From assembly GCA_003971905.1 (NCBI GenBank), contig RSEE01000012.1:558001-622000 (forward strand): 64,000 bases of DNA, given 5' to 3'. The first letter of the stretch is position 1. Each line of letters opens with the position of its first letter. Under the pieces are notes generated by a model. That model was not told the origin of the DNA, did not search any database, and saw only the letters and a list, made by a program, of their open reading frames with translations. This DNA is from Moniliella sp. 'wahieum'. Its lineage: Eukaryota. Of this stretch, positions 24,940-35,646 are shown one piece after another. Position numbers and translations under genes: made by a program.

Positions 24940-25949
24940 CTAAGGCAAGCGGATCGAGTCGACGCGGATGCGCGTGTACTGCTCTTGGTGTTTCGAGTGA
25001 CGCTTCCACTTGCGGGGCATGTGTCGCACCTTGATCCAGACGGGTGAGTGGGTATGTTCGACGACCGTCGCTTCGATCTGCACGACCGGTTGGGCCGCAT
25101 CCCCCACGGCGCCGGCCAGAGCGGCGGAAGAGTAGGGCTCGGACGGAGTGGCGCGATTGCCGATCAACTCGGCCTGTTGCGGGGTAAGCCCGATCAGCGC
25201 AGCGAGCGTGGCACCCTTGTTGGCAATGCCATCTACCGACGCTGCGTTGGCCTCCCAACTGTTTTCCTGTTGCAGGCCCCGCTCGACAGCAAATTGCATC
25301 AAGGACTGGGTCCCTGGGACCGGGCAGTTCGCGAAACGAGCCTGGCACACGCAACCGCAGAGCCTCCAGTTCGGTATTGCGCTCGGACAAGGGCAGCAGC
25401 ACATTGTCCGCCGTCTTGCGCAACTGCTTGGCTTGCAGCCGGTGGTGCGTCCGACGCCAGAGCGACTCTTGCGCTCGCAACACATAGTCCCTCGTACCAA
25501 TCTCGTGCACACGGTCCAGGTGCAGCACATCCCCAATGTGCACGTCCGTCATCCCGGGCACCGTCACCACGTCGCCCGGGGCAACGAGATAGGTCTTGCC
25601 CAAGAACGAGACGACGGCATAGAGGTGGGTACTTTGGGAGCGCAGCAGCTCGATGGCTGTTTGGCGCTCCACCGCCTCCAGACGCGTTTTTTTGTCCACC
25701 TTGTCGCACGGAACGCCTTGGCGGGCACCTTGTACCCAGAACGGCTCATGATGTACTCGCCACGCTCCAGCGCACTCGGCGTCACCTTGACCGCCTCGGC
25801 GTCGGTCTCAATCTCGTGGAGGATGAGGGGGGGGGGTGGGGGGGGGGTGTGGGAGGGCGGCAGCCGAGGTGGCCAAGGCGCGATGGGGCCTGCGCGGCCT
25901 GCGCGGCGCGCAGCATGGCGCCAGCGCTGCTGCGGGCGAGGAGCACCAT
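24940..25949 (-). CDS. Mitochondrial ribosomal protein bL21m
   Basis: HLYAVVSFLGKTYLVAPGDVVTV..MTDVHIGDVLHLDRVHEIGTRDYVL and VQIEATVVEHTHSP..IKV...KHQEQYTRIRVDSIRL (L21 family); Arg/Ala-rich presequence. Confidence 0.82.
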
Positions 25950-26436
25950 GGGATGCGCGCGGGACTGCTCGGGCCGAGTACGGAGCGGTGGCAGCAGGAA
26001 CAAAACGCAGCCTCTTGGCTGCCGGCTTCCAGGCCGCACCCACTTGCACCGAACCACCGCTCCTGGGGATGGGCGTGGGGGCGATGCATGATGGATCATC
26101 GACCAGCTCTCAGATTCAGATCGATCACATGATCAACGGGGCGGATGACCCATCGGATCGATGATCAATGAGGCGGGGATAGGGTTAGCCCATTTCTAAG
26201 CTCTTGCTGGCCAGCGGCTCGCCCATCTCACGTAAGGCGGAAGCGCTGCCACATGCACGGGGCGCCAGCCACTCCGCCAGTGTCGGCAGCGGGGACGCAG
26301 GCGTGCGGGCGGGGCACGGCGCCGGTGTGGCGGCGCCCGAGCGGGTGGGTGCGGGTGCGCCCGGCTGGACAGGGCGGGCAGGCCGTCGCTCCTTCTCTCT
26401 CCCCCACCAGCCCTGCTGTGCCCCGCCCTGCCTAGC

Positions 26437-28190
26437 ATGCTCGCCCGCCCCGCTGGCCTTGCTGGCCTTGCTGCGCGCGTCGCCCCGCGCGCTGCCCTCC
26501 GCGCCTCCCCCGCCATCGCCCTCCGTGCGTCCCCCGCCGCGCTCCCCTCGGCCGCTGTCGCCCGTGGGTACGCGACCAAGGCCGCCTCTGAGGTTTCGTC
26601 CATCCTCGAGCAGCGCATTGCTGGCGCCGAAAGCGGCTTTGATGTCCAGGAGACGGGCCGTGTGCTGAGTGCGTAGTTGTCTTGCTTTTCTCTCAACTTG
26701 GGTGTGTCCGCACGCGCGCCACCGTACTGACCTTGCTGCCTTTTCTTCCCATTGTGTTCCCTCAGCCATTGGTGACGGTATTGCCCGTGTGTACGGTTTG
26801 CGCAACGTGCAGGCCGAGGAGATGGTAGAGTTCCAGTCGGGCGTCCGTGGCATGTGCCTCAACTTGGAAGCCGACAATGTCGGTGTGACCATCTTTGGTA
26901 ACGACCGTAGCATCAAGGAGGGCGACTCGGTCAAGCGTACCGGCCAGATTGTCGACGTGCCCGTCGGCCCGGAACTTCTTGGCCGTGTGGTGGACGCTCT
27001 GGGTACCCCATTGATGGCAAGGGCCCCATCAACGCCACCACCCGCCGCCGTATCTCACTCAAGGCGCCCGGTATCCTGCCCCGTCGCTCGGTCAACGAAC
27101 CATGGCGACCGGTATCAAGCCCATCGACGCCATGGTGCCCATTGGCCGTGGCCAGCGTGAGCTGATCATTGGTGACCGTCAGACGGGCAAGACGTCCGTC
27201 GCGCTCGACACGATCCTCAACCAAAAGCGCTGGAACGATGGCGACGAGGAGAAGAAGAAGCTGTACTGTGTCTACGTTGCTGTAGGCCAGAAGCGGTCGA
27301 CGGTGGCCCAGTTTGTCAAGGTGCTTGAGCAGCGGGACGCTATGAAGTACTCGATTGTGGTTGCTGCCACTGCGTCCGAGGCGGCTCCGCTTCAGTACCT
27401 GGCTCCCTTCTCGGGCTGCGCCATTGGCGAGTGGTTCCGTGACAATGGCAAGCACGCGCTGATTGTGTACGATGACCTGTCGAAGCAGGCTGTCGCCTAC
27501 CGTCAGATGTCGCTGCTGCTGCGTCGTCCCCCGGTCGTGAGGCGTACCCCGGTGACGTTTTCTACCTCCACTCGCGTCTGCTCGAGCGTGCGGCCAAGAT
27601 GAACGACTCGCTCGGCGGCGGTTCGCTCACCGCGCTGCCCGTCATTGAGACGCAGGGTGGTGACGTGTCTGCCTTCATTCCCACCAACGTCATTTCCATC
27701 ACCGACGGTCAAATCTTCCTCGAGGCTGAACTGTTCTACAAGGGTGTCCGTCCGGCTGTCAACGTGGGTCTCTCCGTGTCGCGTGTGGGTTCGGCGGCCC
27801 AGACTAAGGTGTACAAGGCCGTGGCCGGTTCGCTCAAGCTCTACTTGCCCAGTACCGTGAGCTGGCTGCGTTTGCCCAATTCGGATCGGACTTGGACGCG
27901 GGTACCCGCTACACGCTGGAGCGTGGCGCGTCTCACGAGCTGCTCAAGCAGGGCCTCTTCCACCCGTCGGTGTGGAGATCCAGGTGCCGATCATCTATGC
28001 CGGTGTCAACGGTCTGCTCGACACGGTGCCGGTGGACCAGATTGTGGCGTGGGAGGAGAACTTCCGTGAGTTCCTCACCACCAAGCCCGACCTGCTCGCT
28101 GAGATTGCCAAGGGCACCATGACCAAGGAGCTCGATGCGCAGATCAAGGCCGTCGTGCAGGAACACGTGGCGGGCTTCTTGGCCAAGTAA
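26437..28190 (+). CDS. ATP1: Mitochondrial F1-ATP synthase alpha subunit
   Basis: Presequence; [16 protein letters not shown] across intron 26669..26765; Walker [53 protein letters not shown]. Confidence 0.98.
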
Positions 28191-28721
28191 AGGTGTGTTG
28201 GCCCAGCTGCCACCATGGACCCCCTACCGAGCAGCGCATGCGCATGCGCTCCCAGGCAATCCCAAAATAATGCTCTCGCCTCCAGCTTCAAGCTTCAAGC
28301 TTCACTAGTGATAGGCTGAGGTGACAGGACCCAGGCTGTGACAGAAGAGGTAGTTCACCCGTACACAGCCCGTTCGAATTGTCAGTACGTGCATCAGCCT
28401 GATGCATGATTCTTGATGCTGAGCAGCGCTGATTAATGATTCTGGAGGGTCGATGGGACGCAATAGGACAAAAAGACGCGCAGCGGAGTGAGCTAGTGAC
28501 TAGTGACTAGACTAGTGCTAGTGACGCGTGATGCTAGGACAGGCCAAATTGGGATTGGATGGAGAGCGGCACGTGCCAACGAATAAGACAGGCAGGACAG
28601 AGTGGATGGGCTGGGAGAAGGGAGAGTTGTGATCTTCAACATTGAACCACCGCAGTCGGCGTGTTCTTCTCGGCGGGTTAGGCAAGTGGTGGCCCGGGCG
28701 CGAGGCGCAAAAACGGAATGT

Positions 28722-28938
28722 TGTAAGACCGGAGGAACCCAAGGGATTGGGTGAAGAACCTCTGGAAATGTAGAGCAATGCAATCGCGATGGTGGTGGTT
28801 GAGGTCTAAGCCTTGTGCCACACCTAGAGACAGGGGTTCAGACAAGCCTGAGTATACACGTGGAGGCTTCGGAGGACAAATCAGGGGTGAAGGGTGATGA
28901 GGCGCCTTGGCCTAAGTACGGGACCACGGGTCCCAACA
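28722..28938 (-). repeat. 3' LTR (217 bp)
   Basis: TGTAAGACCGG...GGTCCCAACA on the + strand; direct repeat of 34092..34307. Confidence 0.95.
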
Positions 28939-29003
28939 CCCCCCGGGCCAAGGGAACGAAAGAAGCCCGTTGGCCATCAACAAAAGAAAAAGTAGAAAGG
29001 GGA

Positions 29004-32000
29004 TCAGCGCGAAGAAAGAGAAGCCAAATCGAAATTGTTACGCGCAGAAATGATCTTGGGAAGAGAAAGAGGTTTGGTGAACCAGTCAGGGAGATGGTGT
29101 GCACCTGGAGTGTAGTGGACTTTAATTTCGCCTCGGTGGATGCGTTCCCGCACCTCGTGGTACGAGACGTCAATCTCCCGTATTTTGCCTAGGCTGCCGA
29201 GCTTTTCGGCCAACGCTTTGGCAGCGGTGTTGTCAACAAAGAGCTCAATCGGGTGATTAGCCTTGCAGACACCAAGTTCAAACAGTATGTTGCGAATGAA
29301 TAGAGCATCTCGAAGGCCATCTCCCATGGCTAGGTATTCAGATGCTGCTGTGTTGCTCACACCTTGATTTTGGGACTTGGAGCCCCAGGATACAGGCACA
29401 CCGAAAACAAAAACAACATGGCCCGAAACGGAGTGAGAGTTGCTCTTGTCTGATGCAAAGGAGGCATCGGTGTGCAGCTCGAGTAGAGGGCGAGATCGGT
29501 TGGGTGTGAGGCACAAAGAGTAGTCAGACGTACCGGCGAAGAAACGTAATAGGTCCTCCGCTGCGCGTCGGTGGGCGGCGGACGGGTCGTCCATAAACCG
29601 CGCTAAAAAGGTAGCCGCAAAGAGGGCATCAGGCCGGGACATACGAGCCGCCCACAAGCTGGATCCGACAATAGAACGGTAGGCACGGTGCTCGTCTCGA
29701 GTGGCACGCTTTTCGTGTTCGGGTCGCTTGGGAGGCGGAAGTTGGTGGCCGATTGGAAGGTAGCGGGGCCGTGAGGTGAGGTGATATGTCATGCGCGGCA
29801 AGCGTCTCAGCGATGAATTTGGGTTGGCTGATGTACAGTCGTCCATCGATACGGTCGTATTGGCAGCCGAGATGGAAACGTAGGGGGCCGTTGGACTTAA
29901 TTTGGATGCTGCGCCTTAATTCCACTAAGAATTCATCATACGCTTCTTGGGACCGACACGCGACCAAAAAGTCGTCAGTGTGGACGGCGATTAGGATCAG
30001 GCCAAGAGGTTCGGTGCGACGACGTATGAACAGGCAAGGCTCTGATTTTAGGCTAGTGAAGTGGAGTCGGTCGCAAAGGAAAGTGCGGAGCCAATCTCCA
30101 AAGTTGGCCCCGCTCTGGTGCAGGCCATAGAGACTTTTCTTGAGTCTCCAGCAATGACCGGGCGCTTCTGGGAAGAAGGGGGGTGGTCGAACATAGACGA
30201 GCTCGTTGATATCGGCATAGAGGTAGGCAGCTTCCACATCGGCAGAAAATAAGTGGAGGCCATCAGCTTCGGCCAACGCAATTAGCGTGTTGACGGCAGC
30301 AGTACGAACGGCAGGAGCAAAAGATTTCGCCCATGTGCCAGGAACTTGCCGGTGCCCTCCCACAACGTAGCGGGCACGGTACTTGAGGAAGTTAGCATCC
30401 GCATCCGTCTTAGTACCTATGACCCACATGCCGGGAAGGGGTTTGATCCCTGGGGGGATGGGTACAACTTCCTTCACGTCACGCTCGTCAAAACGCCGAA
30501 GCTCGAGGCGCATTGCCTCGAGTACGCCATCAAAGGCAGGGTGACCCACCAACTTCTTGATGTTCTTGGGGGCCACCGGGACCCCATCGGTGGTCAGTAT
30601 GACCTCGGTGTCACTTGCCGCGGATTCGATTGCGAGTGCGATGGGGGGCGAGCTTGGCTCCGAAGCAGGTAGCATGGATGTGTCCGGCGCTGGTCCGAAA
30701 ATACTCACCAAAGCCTGCATTCCTAGGGCGGAGAGGGCGGCCGGGTTGCCAAAGATGCTAGGGGCCTTGTTGACGAGCAGGGAAAAGGTGCCATCGCGCA
30801 AATTGTCGTTGGCTGGAATGGACAGGTCGAGGGTGGAGCGTTGATACGCGCTTGGCGAACGGGATTGCGACGCACGAGTGGGGACGGCTGTATCGGTCAG
30901 GGGCACGGTCACGGGGGCGAGCGTGTCGGTGGGGAAGAGAGGGGAGGGGGATAGGGCGGGAGAGGAAGGGGAAGTGGAAGAGGGAGGGGAAAGCAGGACT
31001 TGGTGGCCAGTGTCAACGGCATCTTCTGTGATAGTTTCATTTTCTTCGGCTTGCTTTGCCTGGCGTTGTGCCATGCCTGCGGGGTCAGATGCAACAGGTT
31101 GGGGGGATACATGTGGGGGGTTGGAGTTGGTGGGAGTGGGGCCAGGCTCTGAATTCTCATTTTCGTTGGCTTGAGCCGGGCGATGTGCCTCATTAGTATC
31201 GCGGGTCAGTTCATCTATCGCAAAACGCACACGCCGGGGTGGGGAGCTGTCTGACTTCCCACCAGCACCCATTTCTCCGCCCCCCCGCACCTCTCCGCCA
31301 CCAGCAGGGACAAGGGGGTTCAGATGAAAGTGCGTGGGATATTCGGTGGTGTACGGGACATGTGTCCAGGTGGACGGCTTTTTCCAACGGAATCCAACTT
31401 GGCCGTCGTCCTGGTGGATGGCAAAGAGCCACCCTTCGAACCGCGGCCGTGCCCGTAACCCACCAACATTGCTGGGACGGCCCGCGGACCAAGTTTGCCG
31501 CCCTCGCGTTGGTTGGGCAATAGGTGCAGGTAGGCAAGAGTGCCAAAACCGCGCATGCGAAGGGAGGGTTTGAAGCCATGGTACCGGACAAATCGGCTGT
31601 CCCCACCCAGTGCTTTCGGCGGCGACTGGTTGTGTGCATATGTGGCCGCCAACAAGCTGTGTTCCCACCACTCGTCGGGAGTCAATCTGTTGGCGATTAC
31701 CATGAGTCGAGCGCGATCCGTAATCGATCTTATGGCGCGTTCGGCGACCCATTGGACGCACTTTCGCCAGGATTGGTGCGCTCGCTCACTACTCCCAGCT
31801 CGCAGTAAAACTCGTCCATTGCGGTGGTGAGTTCAGGCGCATTGTCAGAGCGGACCGTCTGAAGGGGGCGGTCGGGATGTTGGCGATGCTCGCGCCGGAT
31901 GAAGGCTTGAAGTTCGGCTGTGGCATCACCCTTGGACACCAGGGGTAGCGTCCAGGTATACCGCGTAAAGTCGTCGACAATGATAAGGGCGTAAGTATGA

Positions 32001-32709
32001 CCCCGCCGCCTTGGCGGGATATGTCAAGGACGTCGAGGTGGAGGAGAGAGAAAGGGCGAATGGTTCGGATTGGGCGTCCAGTCGTGGCGTGGGGTGGGGC
32101 AGTGGCTCTGCTTAATGCGCATGGTGCACAGTGCCACGAGGACCGGACTAAAGCGATGTCGCCACTGTTGACCCGTTCGAATGCTGGGTCATCCGACGTG
32201 AGGGATGAAAGTTGATCTAGAGGTGCATGATTCCATCGGATGTGGGCGTTTTTCACCTTGACCAGGGTTGCATCAAGGTTGAGTAGCGAAGTGGCGCTGT
32301 TGGCTGTGGCTGTCGTATTGGGCGCCAGAGTAAGGGAATAGCTTGAGTCGGCGGCGAGACGAAAAGGTTCGCCGTGTCGTCCGAGATAGAGACCATGGCC
32401 ACCTGGAGGGATCCAGCTGCCAATGCCTGCGATAGATAGATGGTAAGCGCTGAGCAGGTTGGTCGGGAAGGTGGGGCAGTACAAGCTGCCGGGTAGGTGG
32501 ATGCGGATAGGGGCTCCGTTCTGGGTTTGAATGTACATAGAGATGGTGCCAATGCCTTCAGTGTATGCGATCTGTCCGTTTGCCACTGCTATGGGCTCGC
32601 GGTGTGGACGAAGATTGATAAACGCACTTCGTTCATTGAATACGGATGGTCTCGCACCTGAATCGTGTTGCGCAGGGAGGTTGGCTGGCTTAGGGCCTCC
32701 CGCGCTGTC
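29004..32709 (-). CDS. pol: copia Pol (protease, integrase, RT, RNase H)
   Basis: HDSGA protease motif; AHIRWNH...CAPC integrase zinc finger; LLHLDV and VRSDNAPE catalytic motifs; RT motifs KYRARYVVGG, DVEAAYL, LKKSLYGLHQSG, VHTDD; RNase H motifs HTDASFA, WGSKSQ, VDNTAA, PDWFTKPL. Several indels. Confidence 0.93.
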
Positions 32710-33985
32710 CTAGTAGGGGTGAGGAGGGATTGTGGACACGACAGACTCCGTTTCAGTCGATGTGGCTGACTCGGGTGGTGTAGTGGCTGCCATAGGGGTT
32801 ACTGCATGGGCAGATGAGGTGGTCTGGGCTGTCGTAGCCGGCCGGCTAAAGTGGCCGCCACGTTGGCCACCACGGTGACTTCCTCTGTACCCGCTGCCAC
32901 CTCGGCCTCGTCCGCGGCCTGTCACCGTACTGCTTGTTTGGCTGTGCGACGTGGCTTCCGAAGGGGCCGTACTGGAGGGAGCTGGGCTTGAACTGGAGGT
33001 ACTGCCGTAGTTGGAGCCTTTGAGTTCGCTCACTGCTCGGCGCAATTCGGCGTAGCTGCTGTTACGATGGAGGTGCAACCACCCCTGATCAGTAACGCCT
33101 TTCCGTAGCATCTGTGCTAGACCAATCTCGTCCAGCTTGGACTTGGACGTCATCTCGTACTGGGTTACCGCCACAGTGAACTCATTCAGGTATTGGCGGC
33201 CCGACTTGGTGCCCATTTTGAGAGTGAGAACCTTTATGAGGATATCACAGATCTCAGTGTCTGAAACGGTGCCGTACAAATCACGCAGAGCATGATAGTA
33301 TGCAGACCCTAGAGCCGGCGTGCCATCGCCGGTGATCTGCTGGACGACGTCGGAGTCTATCCACGGGAGTAGAATGTTGGCCAAGTGAGCGTCCAGTTCT
33401 GCGTTATACCCGTCCAGGGCCTTGCCCTGTTCCAGATGCTCACGCGCTCCAGGGATAATCTGGATACGAGGGAGGAAGATCCGGGTCCATAACCAAAACG
33501 AGCTGTTGTTGTGGAAACGCTCGTGGTACGGCACGTTGGTGCGAGTGGCACTACGGAGGAGCTTGTCGGGAGTCAAAGCCCACGGGTTGTCGTCGACGGC
33601 CGGAGTTGACGATAAGGCACCTTCGTTCTTGCTAGCATTGGGTGGATTCTCACATGATAACATGACAATGGCTTCTGTGGTCGTCTTTTCGCTGTACCCA
33701 AGCTTGATACCAGTGTCCTGTAGCTGTTTGAGGGTGATGTGTTCGGGAAACAATTTGAACATGTTGCGAATGCGGTCGGCGAGGGTGGCGAGTCGTTCGC
33801 GGTGTTGTCGGGGCCCACGGGGGGGGTTGAGGTGTAGGGGTAGATTCACGCGATGGTGTCAGCGGCGGGGAGGCGTGGTCAACTCCGACGGGAGTGGTGC
33901 TCTCTTCTGCGGCGGCAGTTGGTGAAGTAGGGGTTGAGGAGTTGAACCAAGACTCCTGAGTCTGAGAGCTCATGATGCTTGCCAT
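32710..33985 (-). CDS. gag: copia Gag
   Basis: ORF 32710..33849, probably starting at ATG 33985 across an indel; gag-like core (YYHALRDLYG..LKMGTKSGRQYLNEF) and an RGG-rich C-terminus; ends in a TAG that is in frame with pol. Confidence 0.8.
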
Positions 33986-34091
33986 TAGCTTACGCAGTTC
34001 GAGCAAGCGCTTGTGGATAGGGCCGGCAGCGGAGGACCGAAGAGTGTAAGAGTGGAAGGCTCAGGGCTGAGCGTCAAGAGGATTGTAACTC

Positions 34092-34307
34092 TGTAAGACC
34101 GGAGGAACCCAAGGGATTGGGTGAAGAACCTCTGGAAATGTAGAGCAATGCAATCGCGATGGTGGTGGTTGAGGTCTAAGCCTTGTGCCACACCTAGAGA
34201 CAGGGGTTCAGACAAGCTGAGTATACACGTGGAGGCTTCGGAGGACAAATCAGGGGTGAAGGGTGATGAGGCGCCTTGGCCTAAGTACGGGACCACGGGT
34301 CCCAACA
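34092..34307 (-). repeat. 5' LTR (216 bp)
   Basis: Direct repeat of 28722..28938, followed by the TSD AATGT. Confidence 0.95.
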
Positions 34308-35646
34308 AATGTGGAACGGGCAAGCAAGAGCTGGTGGCCAGGGGCCGGTGGTGCGGCGGTGCGGCGGTGCAGCCGGGGTGCCGGGGGGCGGGGAGGCGAG
34401 AGATGGTTGATGGCGAGTGGCGAGTGGCAAATTGCAAATACCAAGTGGCGCCAGGACGCAGGATGCAGGAGGCAGGACCCGTCTACGTACCACGCACCGG
34501 TAGTTAGTTATAGTTGGTAGTTGTTCGACTGGGTCTTCTGGGGTCGTCTTGGACCGCATGGACCGCCTGGGCTGTGAGAATCTGAGAGAGGGTGGGGTGG
34601 AGTCGCAAGAGGTGTGACAGGCGTGACGACGGTGACAGGGAGGGTGGACTGGTGAGTACAGTGGGGAGCCCCAGTGGCGAGTGGTGTGACATGCATGTGA
34701 CATGTGAAGCTTGCAGCTCGCTTGAAGCTTGGCAGCAGCAATGGCCAGCATCCGTCCGGCTAGTATAGCCCTAGCGGCTACTTTTGTAGTTGAACGCGTA
34801 GCTACGCAGCCAGTTGGGTCGGACGTTGAACTTGAACTTGAACACGCTGGCCACAGCCAGTCGGAGCTGTGCAGTTGTGGCCGAGCGATCGAATCTTAGA
34901 TCGTGGGTGTTGATCGACTGGGGCCGAAGCGACAAGCATTAAGCATGGGCCATCTGCGGGCTGAATCTCCCGCAAGCTGTATGCCTGCTAGGGCTAGGCA
35001 GCTGGAAAAGCTTCGCATGGCATCCTCGGACATGCCAGGCGTCCCACGGGGCAGTGCCGGGGGCGGCTCGTCTGCGTGCTGCGTGCGTGATGTCACCAGA
35101 GGCAGGGACATGTGACAGTGACTAGTGACTAGTGACATGTGATCGTGACTGGTGACGGTGACAGGCAGATCTGGGCCCGCAGTGCCTGGTGCTGGTGCCG
35201 GGGGAGCAGTGGCGAGGGGCGCGTACCTGGTCGCAGCCGAGGCTGCAATTTCAACGCGCAGGTTAGCTTAGCCGTTGGCGGACACGCTAATCAACGTTGA
35301 TTGCTGAGTGAGTCCAGTGTGGATGCAGGAGGAGCAGCAGGCGAGCATGTGGTCGGTGGATTAGCTAAGCGGGGTGTGGTGCTGTGCCGGCGCTCGGGGT
35401 GAGGCGAAGCAGGATGCTGGAGGGAGGCGCACACGCTGGATGCGACGCTGCGCAACAGGCCTCTCGCAGCGCACGCAGAGCCCTCGGTGCAGCACCCGCA
35501 CTCGCACCAGACTCTAGCACGCCCTCCTCGTCCCCCCGACCCACACCAGCCCACGCCGCCCGCCCGCCCCCACCCCGCCTCCTCTCTCCCGCGCCCCCGC
35601 ATGGCCTGAGCACCCTTGCCAGCACCCCACCACCCTCTCCACCGCC

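Larger units (their letters stand above)
28722..34307 (-). mobile_element. Full-length Ty1/copia LTR retrotransposon, recent insertion
   Basis: TG...CA LTRs at 28722..28938 and 34092..34307, identical apart from a single C indel; 5-bp target-site duplication AATGT at 28717..28721 and 34308..34312; gag-PR-IN-RT-RNaseH domain order; G-run PPT next to the 3' LTR. Confidence 0.97.

Noticed and set aside
14713..28190. Frameshifts in SEC61, ATP1, WDR48-like and other genes interpreted as pseudogenes or programmed frameshifting
   Set aside because: Indels affect nearly every long gene, including essential ones, while protein motifs stay intact. This fits long-read consensus errors. Short-read polishing would settle it.
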